Part shown: in pieces, positions 28,805 to 41,069 of the stretch
How positions within the stretch are numbered: the first letter of the stretch is position 1
Layout: each line of letters opens with the position of its first letter
Assembly (NCBI RefSeq): GCF_006345805.1
Contig: NC_043000.1
Location: 89,652,001-89,716,000, forward strand
DNA length: 64,000 nt
Direction: 5' to 3'
From: Octopus sinensis
Taxonomy: Eukaryota
Made by a program: the position numbers and the translations under genes
Notes under the pieces: model-generated
Database searches by the model: none
What the model was told of the DNA's origin: nothing
The model's input: the letters and a program-made list of their open reading frames with translations, nothing else

Positions 28805-30066
28805 TACGTCAAAAGGTTCTCGGACTAGTTATGTTTAATTTTTAAAATAACTTATTTACCTAAGTTTTAACATCATCTCCTTCGAAAAAGTCACATGGTG
28901 CAGCAATGCACTGGTCCTAGCGTTCCTGAACTTCTGGAATCTGGCCTGGAAGTCATTTTCCGTTAAAACGGCGAACTTTGAGCTGCATTTTCATCTCGGG
29001 AGAGATGGAAGTCCGCTGGTGCTAAGTCTGGCGGATAGGGCGGGTGCGGAAGCGAAACCATGTTGTTTTTGCTGAGAGCCGCAGGAGTGGCTGTGTGATA
29101 AGTAGCTTGCTTACCAACCACCTGGTTCCGGGTTCATTTCCACTGCGTGGCACCTTGGGCAAGTGTCTTCCACTATAGCCTTGGGCCGACCAAAGCCCTG
29201 TGAGTGGATTTGGTAGACGGAAACTGAAAGAAGCCCGTCGTATATCTGTATATATATGTGTATGTGTGTGTATATGTTTGTGTGTCTGTCTTTGTCCCCC
29301 CAACATCTCTTGACAACCGATAGTGGTGTGTTTACGTCCCCGTAACCTAACGGTTCGGCAAAAGAGACCCATAGTATAAGTACTAGGCTTCCAAAGAATA
29401 AGTTCTGGGGTCGATGATTTGCTCGACTAAAGGCGGTGCTCCAGCATAGCCGCAGTCAAATGACTGAAACAAGTAAAAGAGAAAAGAGAAAGAGAGAGAG
29501 AGAGAGAAAAAAACTCACGAGTGCGGAGAGCTCGGTGACAGGATCCACTGTCGTCGTGAACAATTCAATTCTTCACACTCCACAAATCTGGTCGCTTTCG
29601 CCGAATGTCCTCCCTCAAAGCGTCGAAGTAGAACTCTCGATTTACGTTCTAACCCTGAGGGATGAATTCTTGGTGCCCAATACCACATTTCTTAGGGTGA
29701 TGCTCGTGGCAGGTCTTCCAGAAACGTTCTTCCGCCTTCGAAGCGCCTGAGCGACTCGAAACATTGCGTACGACCCATTGCCTCGTCGCTGTAATCCTGC
29801 CAAAGCATGCTCAATGTCTCTGTAGCAGACTTCCCAAGTTTAATGCAAAATTTCACGTTGGCTCGTTGTTCCTGTCCATGACAAAATCGCAGACTACAGA
29901 ATACACGTGATCACAAAAAACACAAATTTCACAACTTGCGAAGTAATGTCACTCATCACACTGCCTCATGAAGGTCACTGCTAGCTCTCACTGCGCACGC
30001 AACAATGTGCTGCCATCTGGTGGCATGCTACAGAACAGTCCGGGAACTTTTTGACGCCACTTCGTA
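28805..30066 (-). mobile_element. Internally deleted mariner transposon interrupted by a SINE
   Basis: TIRs CGTCAAAAGGTTCTCGGACT / AGTCCGGGAACTTTTTGACG. Minus-strand EQRANVKFCIKLGKSATETL..; ALRTREF|LSKNNMVSLPHPPYPPDLAPADF rejoins across the 29078-29510 insertion. Confidence 0.9.
29078..29510 (+). mobile_element. tRNA-derived SINE family A, inserted in mariner
   Basis: GCAGGAGTGGCTGTGTG head, internal (TA)/(GT) microsatellite, GTAAAAGAG tail. Same family as 35686, 40034, 47882 and 53727. Confidence 0.9.
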
Positions 30067-30466
30067 TTATTCGAGATGCACAAGCCTACATGTTTATCAG
30101 CATAAAGACAAACAGATAGATAGGCAAAGATATAGATATATACATATACGCATATATATATATATATATATATATACATACATATATAATATTAATTCGA
30201 GACAAAACCACTATTTTGCAAAACAAACAAGGAAAGAATTAATCAATACATAAAAATTTTTAATATAAAGAAATAAACCGCCACTACACTATTTCTTTAT
30301 ATTAAAAATTTTTATGTATTGATTAATTCTTTCCTTGTTTGTTTTGCAAAATAGTGGTTTTGTCTCGAATTAATATTATATAATATTTTACTATAAAATT
30401 GGATTTAATCCTAAATCTGATTTTTTCCCTGTAAATTTGGATTTATTCCCTAATATTTATTATTAT

Positions 30467-30524
<58 letters not shown>

Positions 30525-31276
30525 ATATAAGTATATATATATATATAATATAAACCAGCATATATATACGTAGAGATATAAATATAAATGCATGCATGTA
30601 TGTATATACACACACACACCATCATATGTGTGATGTTTAATAGACACGCCTATACAAGCATATAAACAGATAGAGAATAGAGTGAAAGAGAGAGCGAGAG
30701 AGAGAGAAAGAAAGAGAAATCAAGTACTGAAAGGTAAGTTAATCTGTTTTTAACGAGCTTTAAGAAATATGGAACTAAGCGGACAGTGCTCGTTCTCATG
30801 TGCCTCTGGGTTATTCACAGGATATATTTTCACGGAGAGATAACGTATTTCTATTAGACATAAAATATATGATTTCTGTAAACGCATATATATTCTGTAA
30901 ACGCATATATATTCTGTAAACGCATATATACATATATATATATAGTCTATTGGTAGCATCGTGTTATAAGATTTTCTTAGACACATTTATCCAAAATAGC
31001 TTTGTGTTGGCGACTACGATGGTATTATTACGTACACGACAGACATATGCTAGTAACAGCTCATTCACATTTTCTGTTTGTCGATAAATTTTTCAGAACT
31101 TCAGTAACTGAGTGGTGAACTTCGACCGTTTGCTCACAAGTTATATTTTTATGTGGTGGCTATTCTATCCAGATCAGGTAGTAACATAGTTCTGGATAGA
31201 GCAGCCACCTTATGTTGACAAACTTTACCGATATATTTTATATTATTTCCAGATAGATAGATACATACATAGATAC

Positions 31277-31311
<35 letters not shown>

Positions 31312-31317
31312 CATACA

Positions 31318-31351
<34 letters not shown>

Positions 31352-31424
31352 CATACATACATACATACATACATACATACATACATACATACATACATAG
31401 ACAGACAGACAGACAGCTAGCTAC

Positions 31425-31516
<92 letters not shown>

Positions 31517-31589
31517 GTAGATGGAGGGGTTTGGGGGGGGTTGGATGGTTGGATGGATGGATGGATAGATAGACAGACAAATAGATAAC

Positions 31590-32966
31590 TTTCTTTATTG
31601 GCCACACAGGGGGGACAAATACAAATGTAGAGCTTTTCTTTTCGAAAATGAAAAAGGGGAAAAAAAGAGAAAAAAGTAAAATTCCGATCACAAGGGATAG
31701 GTGGGGAAGGCGATCAAAAGGGATCGTGTATCACAGAATAAATACTTGAAAAGTAAGAAGCATTATTAGGTTTATCCGTGGAAAGAAAAGCCTACGGAAA
31801 AGTGCACGGTAATCTCAGGCAGGGAGGGAATAAACACATGAGAGCAAAGTGCTCTCTCTCTCTCTCTTTTTACGATTTACAGGATCATGCTCAAAGTGGT
31901 TTCGTCGCTCGCATGCACCATCTTTGCTACATTCACCCACCTTTTTTTTTTTAATTTCACGAGACAAAACCTGCCTCTCAATTCTCACCTTCCTTTTCAA
32001 ATGGTACTTAAAAAAGTTGATGAGCGATTGGCCAGATAGGTAAGTGTTTGTCTCTAATCCTTTCGCTCGAATCCACCACACACATTCTTTCACCACAGCC
32101 ACCAGTATGATGAAGACTGCCTTGCCTTCCCGGTTGAGGGAAGGTGGCGGAGTAATTGTCACGATAGACTCGCAGACAGGCGGACTCGTCCCACTCGTGA
32201 CAGCAGTCGTTCGGCATAAGCCCACAGGTCCGGAACTGTTGGACACTGCACGAGGGCGTGCAGAACGGTTTCGTCGCTCTGACCGCATCTCGGGCAAGTC
32301 GGTCCGGTGTATCTCGAACAGTGCTTGTAGAGCTTATCCCGAACAGGTAATGCTTCTGGATAGCACTTCCCGGCCAGGGATCTTTGGTGATTATCCATAG
32401 GTTCCGGGCGAAAGGTGTCCTGAGCAGGCTTGAGAGCAACGCGACACTCGCGGTGCCATTCGCCTAGCCTCGGTCTCTGTTTGATCCACGACTGTAGTTC
32501 GGCCAAGGAGACGAGCTGCGCGAAAGCGCGCCGCACAAACGGCGACCACACCTGTTCACCGTTGTCTCTAAAGCGCCGGAGATGTCTCAGTCTCGGCGCA
32601 TGTCTGCACATCATCAACCACGGCGTGCCTAGCCTCCATTTAGTGGGTATTGACAGAAAATGGATCGCCTAACCATCGGAACGCTTCCCTTCCACATGAA
32701 GCAGAAGAGTATGCGTTCCAGTTTGGTGATGGTAGGGTCGGAGCAAGGCACGACAGTCAGACGGTACTCGATGACGGATGCGATGTACGCGTTCGCCACC
32801 ACAGCACGACCTTTTAGGGATAGCTTCCTTTCGGCCCATTGCTGGGTGAGAGTGGCCACCCTAGTCGTTATTTCGCCCCAGTTCTTCTTCATTTGGAGGT
32901 CCGGTCCGAACCACACTCCGAACAATTTAACCGATCCGTCGGTCCAGCGTCCCACGATGGAGACGC
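31590..32966 (-). mobile_element. 5'-truncated Tx1/L1-clade LINE (ORF2 3' part and 3' UTR) inside a GATA/GACA microsatellite
   Basis: VKLFGVWFG..WAERKLSLKGRAVVAN..FMWKG..PLNGGLG, LPVRDKL..CPRCGQSDETVLHALVQCP (zinc knuckle), with frameshifts. Confidence 0.88.
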
Positions 32967-33100
<134 letters not shown>

Positions 33101-33765
33101 TGTCCGGTTCATAGGGTTGCCCAAGGTTTCACGTCTATAAAGCGCTTGGTTTTAAATACGTCTCATTAGAACTTAATGGCCTGGTTGGCAAGGTTCTTGA
33201 CGTGAATTCGTATGTTGAAACAAATTTTGCATCCAGTTCCATTTGGAACACCCGAAGCAGCGGTTTTTTGAATTCTTATGTAACGTCAGAAGAAATTAAA
33301 TAAACATGTGTTTAATATTTCCTCTACATTTGTTCTGCATATTGTAACCAGTAACACTACAAAGTATAGTAGTAACTAAACTACTATACTGGAACCAAAC
33401 TGGATGATGATAATCTGCATGTGCAGAGCTCTAAACTCACTAGTAGTAGTCATACATCTCATTTACACACAAGGTATACTAATATACATGCATATAAGTT
33501 GCGCTCAACCGATATATATATATATATATGTAAATGAATGAATACAGAATATATACGTGAGCTCCTTGAAGTTTCATGTTCAGATTGTGTCATAAATTGG
33601 ATGGGTCCGTATAACGTACCAGCGACGATCCAACAACTTTTCAGGCTCAAATAATAGATTAGACTATCCGAGCATAAAACTTGAAGTAATTCATCATGAA
33701 ATGCTATTTGTCTCTCACTGAATTGAGGGCATTTTTGTCTATCTACCTATCAATGTATATTTCAG

Positions 33766-33932
33766 GTGTCCCGGTTATTCAAGTATCCCTACAACTTGTA
33801 AACTAAAACCTGATCCGAAAGATCCTAAATGCTGCAAAATGCCTGATTGTCAATCTTCGAGTAAACTTGTTCCATTACGAAGTCTCAGAAACGGGTTCGG
33901 CAGATCGCCTCGTCCAGTACCTTCTCAACAAA
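33766..33932 (+). CDS. Exon 10, VWC-like repeat 4 C-half plus basic linker, phase 2-1
   Basis: atatttcag|...|gtaagt, 167 nt. CPGYSSIPTTCKLKPDPKDPKCCKMPDCQSSSKLVPLRSLRNGFGRSPRPVPSQQ. Confidence 0.92.
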
Positions 33933-34510
33933 GTAAGTATTTATTTTCATCTAGCATAGTATTCTCTTTCAATCTCATACATAAAATCTCTATTAATTTT
34001 TCCGAACTGTTTCTTTTTTTCTGACTGAGCAGAATTTTTTTTTTTTTTTTTGTCGCATTCATTATTTTCGATCAAACATAATGATACTGGAAGTTAGCAC
34101 TTTGGCTTCTTTATTCTAATTCACCTAATCATGTTCTTTTGAAGCGGCAACTCCAAAACTACATGAATTTATTCTTTCAACTAGTTTCGGGCATTCGATT
34201 GTAGCAAAGTCAGGACATTTCACTCAATACTTTTTAATCGGTTTTAGTAACTTAATGGACTGATTAAGCTAACGTGCGGTACGAACTTTTGTTCACTATG
34301 AACAAAACATTTGTGTAGGCTACTCGGCAAAAGCTGATTACTCATACGTCGTCTTCGATGGGAGAATCCATTGTGTGTGTGTGTGTGTGGTGTGTGTGTG
34401 TGTGTATACAGTATATCCTTTATCCTTTACCTGTTTCAGTCACCAGACTGTGGCCATACTGGGACACCGCCCCGAATACATTTATGCATATAAATATGTG
34501 TGTGTATATG

Positions 34511-34541
<31 letters not shown>

Positions 34542-34866
34542 TATATATATATGTATGTATATATGTATATATATATGTATATGTATGTATGTATATATAT
34601 TTGTGTATGTATGTATACATATGTATATTGTATATATATATATGTGTGTGTGTAAGTATGTATATATGTATATGTATGTATATATTATATATTATATATA
34701 TATCTATATATATATTATATATATAATATATATATATATATATATGTATGTATATATGTATATATATATGTATATGTATGTATGTATATATATTTGTGTA
34801 TGTATGTATACATATGTATATGTTATATATATATTGTGTGTGTGTAAGTATGTATATATGTATATG

Positions 34867-34945
<79 letters not shown>

Positions 34946-35685
34946 ACATATATATATACATATGCATATATCTATATGTGTGTGTGCATTCTCTCGAGAT
35001 AACTTCTGCAGTGAAGCTATTTTGTGCCCCAGTGTACACGAACATTTTAAATACGATTTTAAACGCCTATGTTTCATTCAACGTCACTTCGTGCACTTCT
35101 AATTAATTCCAGCTTTGCAAAGCTTTGTGGACATCAGTAAAGGGCTATTTGCTGTCTGATATGAGAACAATCTCTTCTTAGTTGCTATGAAAGGCTAGCT
35201 ACTCGGTAGCCGTAGCTGAAGATGCACAACGACAAAGAAATGCATGCGGTCAACGGTCTGATGGCATCATTCAGAGTTCAATGGTGTGTTTTTATGAATG
35301 ATGTTTGACTTTCAGTCTTCCGTGTTCGCCAAAATAAGGTACCAGTTAAATATTGGGGTCGATTTCATTAGATGTGCTCTTCTCCACAAGCAGTTGTTGC
35401 CTTCACTTTACTCATAAATCATTATTTCATTTGTTATGTTTCAGGCTGGTCATTTTTTGCTAAATAAACACGTACTATATACTCGTTCTTTACTTCAGCT
35501 TTATTATTATCATCCTTATTTTAGTATCCTATGTCAAAAATCTTTCGTCACAAATTCTGTGACCTCTTCAGTGTCGCCCCATCCCGCATGTCTCCTCCTC
35601 TCCTGAAGCTGAAGTGAATAATGTGTTTATAGTGCGTGTGTTTATTTGGAGAAACAAAAAAAAAAACAAAAAAAATGACCAAGTA

Positions 35686-36088
35686 GGCGTAGGAATGGCT
35701 CTGTGGTAAGTAGCTTGCTTACGAACCACATGTTCCGGGTTCAGTCCCACTGCGTGACACCTTGGGCAAGTGTCTTCTACTATAGCCGCGGGCCGACCCA
35801 AGCCCTGTGAGTGGATTTGGTGGACGGAAACTGAAAGAAGCCTGTCGTATATATGTATGTATGTGTGTGTTTGTGTGTCTGTGTCTGTGTTTGACCCCCC
35901 AACATCGCTTGACAACCGATGCTGGTGTATTCACGTCCCCGTAACTTAGCGGTTCGGCAAAAAGAGACCGATAGAATAAATACTAGGCTTCCAAAGAATA
36001 AGTCCTAGAGTCGATTTGCTCGACTAAAGGCGGTGCTCCAGCATGGCCACAGTCAAATGACTGAAACAAAAGAGTAAAAGAAAGAGTA
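35686..36088 (+). mobile_element. tRNA-derived SINE family A
   Basis: Full-length copy that aligns with 40034-40469. Confidence 0.9.
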
Positions 36089-36205
36089 TCCCGAAAAATA
36101 AAAAATATTTGTTTCGACGCACGATTGAACATCGGGAATCTTACAAAACAAATACATAAACGTTAATATTTTATTTGATTTCTATTTTTTTTTTCTTCCT
36201 GTCAG

Positions 36206-36320
36206 ATGTTTGTTTGTTCAATCAAACAATCTACCATCAAGGAGACAGTTGGAATGTTGGTTGTGAAATGGAATGCGACTGTACAAATGCTAAAAAACAG
36301 CAATTTAAATGTCAATCGAG
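36206..36320 (+). CDS. Exon 11, VWC-like repeat 5 N-half, phase 1-2
   Basis: ttcttcctgtcag|...|gtgagt, 115 nt. NVCLFNQTIYHQGDSWNVGCEMECDCTNAKKQQFKCQSR. Confidence 0.93.
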
Positions 36321-36416
36321 GTGAGTAGATTTAGTTAAAATGAGAGCTGATAAAAAAAATCGAGATGGGATTTTGCATCATTGAGAGTTATATAAAACTG
36401 TCAATTCTTCTTTCAG

Positions 36417-36613
36417 ATGTAACAAATATTTCTCCATTCCTTCCAACTGTCAAAAGACATATGTCAACAACAGCTGTTGTCCACAAGTGCAGTGTTCATC
36501 GAATCCAGTTTGCAAGGATCTTGTAAGTGTATGCCAAAGTGCAGGAGCCCAGATCTGTCAAGGACAATTCAAAGACTTTGCCCTCATCAATTGTCGGAAG
36601 ACTTGTGGATACT
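36417..36613 (+). CDS. Exon 12, VWC-like repeat 5 C-half plus ShK domain 2 (five of six Cys), phase 2-1
   Basis: ttctttcag|...T|gtaagt, 197 nt. CNKYFSIPSNCQKTYVNNSCCPQVQCSSNPVCKDLVSVCQSAGAQICQGQFKDFALINCRKTCGY. Confidence 0.92.
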
Positions 36614-36889
36614 GTAAGTATTTTTATTAGCACGCCGGACAAAATGCTGAACGGCATTTCATCTGTCTTTACATTCTAAGTTCAGTTTCCACTGAGGTCA
36701 ACTTCGCCTTTCATCCTGTTGGATCTCTTGGATCGATATAATTGACTAGACCCCTCCCCCAAAATTTCAGGTCATGTGCCTATAGTAGAAATGATGTCTT
36801 TATGAAGACCCTTAGCTTATTTTGCTGGGTATGATGGAAAGTGTCAGGTGCCCACAGCCAGCAGACTAGAATGACTCTTGTTTACTGAT

Positions 36890-37290
36890 CATGCTTCAGG
36901 AATCCCGCGGAGAACTCTTGCAGGTGTTTTGTCTTCACATTCGTACCAATTTCTTTGAACCACGTTGGTAGTAGAAGGCTGATACTTCCAAGCGCACCAA
37001 TCGCTATTGGTATCACGTCGACTCTCTCCATTGTTCACAACCTGCATATTTCCCACATCAATTCATCATAGTTGTTCACTTTTTCTTCTTTCTCTTCGAT
37101 CCTGTTGTCACCAGGACATGTTATGTCGATTATCGGGCATGTTATTTTCTTCTTTTCTGTTCACTTAAACAATGTCAGGTTTCCAATGTCTAATCTGATA
37201 GCCACACTAAATCATTACATCCCACAGGATTTTGCAATCTTCATTCTCAGTAACTCCCCCTGAGATTTTACCATACCACATCTTTGATTT
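36890..37290 (-). mobile_element. 5'-truncated R4/Dong-type LINE, RLE endonuclease fragment
   Basis: KILWD..KPDIV..ITCPGDNRIEEKEEKVNNYDEL..VIPIAIGALGSI. Abuts (ATT)n at 37292. Confidence 0.8.
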
Positions 37291-37293
37291 TCC

Positions 37294-37329
<36 letters not shown>

Positions 37330-37334
<5 letters not shown>

Positions 37335-37745
37335 TATGTTTGACTTTTGCTTTATATTTGTACAAGTTGGCTCCAAGTCTCACCCAGAGACCTCAAGAGA
37401 CAACAGGGTTGGAAGTTCATGTTGTTGTTATGCCTAGTGTGCCATATATTTGGGGGGTGGGGATGTTGTACTAATGAATGTCTAAAAAAAAAAGTTTTTT
37501 TTTTTTTTTTTTTTTTTAAACCGAAAATTATGGTTGTTTTAAACCCTGAGGTTACATAGAGAGTATTTTGCGTAGGATATGAGCAGTTCCCATGAGCACT
37601 ATCTTTTGAACTTCTGCCATTTTGGGTTTCCTGGTATCTGAGTTAGGTAGCTATCAGCCCCTTTTGCTATCATTCCAGGGCACCTATGACAACAGGTATT
37701 GTTTTAGTCTTCAGCTTCCACATTTTGCTGATTTCTTATTATTGC
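37330..37745 (-). mobile_element. Short 5'-truncated R4/Dong-type LINE 3' end, between two (ATT)n tracts
   Basis: EISKMWKLKTKTIPVVIGAL..VQKIVLMGTAHILRKILSM* plus 3' UTR. (ATT)n at 37292-37330 and 37750-37897. Confidence 0.85.
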
Positions 37746-37747
37746 TG

Positions 37748-37780
<33 letters not shown>

Positions 37781-37833
37781 CATTATTATTATTATTATTA
37801 TTATCATTATTATTATTATTATTGTTATTATTA

Positions 37834-37898
<65 letters not shown>

Positions 37899-39361
37899 CA
37901 TCATCATCATCAAATTTCAATCCATCTTTGATCTGGCTTCATGGATAGAATATAATGTATCAAACATCTTGAAAGATTCAAAATCAATAAACAATACTTC
38001 ATGTTTGAATAAACTGTCAATCTCAACTTCCTATAAAGTATAATTTCAAGATAATCTAAATTTGTACATATTTTATCAATTAAAAGCAAATTTTAAAATT
38101 TCCGTGGCAAATATCCGTTTTTGATTATTAGCTTCTCCGAAACAGAAAGAAAGGCATCTAAGAAGTCAGTTGGCCTCCTAGAAATATCCTCCAAGTCTTC
38201 CTAAAAGCGCATCCTACTGTCTTATATAAAGATAAGGAGCCATTTGATATCAAAGGTAGAATAACCCTAAACCAACCAGTAACTCTTTGATTGACAACCT
38301 CTTTGAACAGTGTCATTCAACAACTGCAATTATTACTGCCACCCTTCATCTGATATATGGTTTGTTCAGAAAGTACATTCATTTTGCTCCTAATTACTTT
38401 CATTTCGCTCTTTGATAGGTTTATTCTGACAACTAAATATTCAGTAGATGACGGTGGTTTGAATAAAGTAAAACCTCAGCCTTAGCTCCCAAATCAATTT
38501 GGTCACTAAATATATTATGTTTATATCATACCTCATTTGTGTATTGATAATTATTTCTATCATGAACTGAAACTAGAATCAATCAATCAATCATATAAGG
38601 TGACGAGCTAGCAGAATCGTTACCGCACTGGTCAAAATGCTTAGCAACATTTCGTTCATCTTTGCCTTTCATCCTTTCAGGGTCTATGAAATAAGTACCT
38701 ATTGAGCATTGGGGTCCATGTAATCGAATTACTCACTCCTCCTAAGTTGCAGGCATTGTGCCAAAATTTGAATCGAATGATTACTTTCGTCCAACATCTA
38801 AACATCGATAAAATTGTCTAAGTGAAGCAGTTTTAACCCTTAAGTATATTTGTCTTCATAGTACCTATCATTTCTCTAATTACAACAAATACGTCCACGT
38901 AAAAGCATATGCTGTGTACAGTTAAGAAGTTTACTTCACACTCTCTGTGTAGTTTTGAAATCCATCCCACAGTCCCCTGAAGAAGGGTTTTCTGATAGCT
39001 TTCTTTCAACGCAATAATTGTCCTTGTTTGTCGAAGAAAACTGTAAGAAAGGACGTCGAATTTACAGTATCTTTTGTTGGGTGATATATTTAATGCATCG
39101 CCTAGATTGACGCCACCACATGTCCCTTGACTGCCCTTGGTGGAGTCCAGCTTTTTGTTATCTTAGTATTTAGTTCGGGTTGGAGAATAAGCTCTTCTTT
39201 CTGTCTATCACTTAGAAACTGACAATGGTTACAGGCGCTACTCATCCTCCTAAATGTTGAAGATAATTTTTTTTATATAATTTTGTCTAAGAAATATGTT
39301 TTGCTTTGAACCGTAAACACAAACACGTAATATTTCGTTCAATTTTTGTCTTTCCCTTTAG

Positions 39362-39397
39362 GTGGTGGTAGTGGTGATGGACCAATGACAACAGCAC
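39362..39397 (+). CDS. Exon 13, 36-nt micro-exon supplying the last Cys of ShK2 and a GS linker, phase 1-1
   Basis: tttccctttag|GTGGTGGTAGTGGTGATGGACCAATGACAACAGCAC|gtgagt. T+GT = Cys, then GGSGDGPMTTA. Confidence 0.8.
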
Positions 39398-39479
39398 GTG
39401 AGTAGTTTTTCTTTTCCTTCGGCAATATCATATATGTATCTGTGTATTCATGTGTGTACGTTTACATATATATATATAT

Positions 39480-39547
<68 letters not shown>

Positions 39548-39700
39548 CAGAGACAGAGAGAGACAGAGAGGAGTGAGAGAGTGTGTTAAGCATTTTCGGT
39601 ATGGAAATTAGAGACTCCTTCATAGAGTAACTGCTGCATTTGGTTAGTATATAAAGAGTCTGGTTGCTTGTTTCTCTGAAGATTGTCAAATGAGGTGGAC

Positions 39701-39743
39701 GCCTCTGATGAGAACCCAATAAGGTTCGAAAATTGATTAAGGT
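39701..39743 (+). ncRNA. Minimal type I hammerhead ribozyme motif
   Basis: GCCT-CTGATGA-GAACC(CAATAA)GGTTC-GAAA-A(TTGA)T-TA^AGGT. All core nucleotides are present, with a 5-bp stem II, a 4-bp stem I and a self-complementary stem III. Confidence 0.7.
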
Positions 39744-40033
39744 TGTTCGTAATTTTTTCAGTCTGCGGATAAATGACTAAAATTTTCCTTGGTTATAATT
39801 ACACCACATGTTAGGTATATATATATATATATATAAATATAAATATATACATGTATGTATGTATGTTTATATGTATATATATATGTATATATATATATAT
39901 GTATATTTATATATATGTATATATATATATTTATATATATATATAGATATGTATATATATATGTATAGATATATGTATAGATATATATATGTATATATAT
40001 ATATATATATATATGTATAGATATATATATATA

Positions 40034-40196
40034 GGCGCAGGAGTGGCTGTGTGGTAAGTAGCTTGTTTACCAACCACATGGTTCCGGGTCCAATCCCACT
40101 GCGTGGCACCTTGGGCAAGTGTTTTCTACTATAGCCTCGGGCCGACCAAAGCCTTGTGAGTGGATTTGGTAGACGGAAACTGAAAAGAAGCCCGTC

Positions 40197-40250
<54 letters not shown>

Positions 40251-40469
40251 CTGTGTGTCTGTGTTTGTCCCCCTAGCATTGCTTGACAACCGATGCTGGT
40301 GTGTTTATGTCCCAGTTACTTAGCGGTTCGGCAAAAGAGACCGATAGAATAAATACTGGGCTTACAAAAGAATAAGTCCCGGGGTTGAGTTGCTCGATTA
40401 AAGGCGGTGCTCCAGCATGGCCGCAGTCAAATGACTGAAACAAGTAAAAGAATAAAAGAGTAAAGAGTA
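40034..40469 (+). mobile_element. tRNA-derived SINE family A, well-preserved copy
   Basis: GGCGCAGGAGTGGCTGTGTGGTAAG..GGTTCCGGGTCCAATCCC head, central (TA)n(GT)n, and GTAAAAGAATAAAAGAGTA tail. Confidence 0.92.
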
Positions 40470-40483
40470 TGTATAGATATATG

Positions 40484-40529
<46 letters not shown>

Positions 40530-40587
40530 GTGTGTGTATTATATGTATATATATATATATGTGTATATATATATATGTATACATATG

Positions 40588-40623
<36 letters not shown>

Positions 40624-41069
40624 CATATATGTATATATATGTATATATGTATATATATATATGTATATATGTGTATATATGTATATATCTACGTATACAT
40701 TTATGTATCCATGTATGCATATATGTATGTATACATGTATATATATATGTCATCTTTGAAACGTTCCTGATTCTTCAGATTATCTCCCTTTCTCGTATGG
40801 TGCTGTTCTTTTTTGTCATTCGGTAATTATGACACATCCTCTAGAGGCGGAGATAATTTGAATATATCAGATTTTTGATATACCTGTATTTCTGTATTTG
40901 TATATGTTATTTCCTTTAGCTGATTGTTTTCATTTATACACACATACACAGGTAAGTGTGTAAGTATATATACACACACACGTTTGTGTGTGTGTGTGTG
41001 CGATACATATATTATTTTATTCGTTTTACCCATTTCAGCCCTAAGGCTGTGGCCATGCTAGTGCACCGC

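Noticed and set aside
34358-35106. Long ORFs such as the 243-aa YIYI/CVCV frames, here and at 4290-5245, 12994-13369, 15831-16397 and 51213-52555
   Set aside because: They are translations of (TA)n, (GT)n, (GATA)n and (TACA)n microsatellites, which lack stops in some frames.
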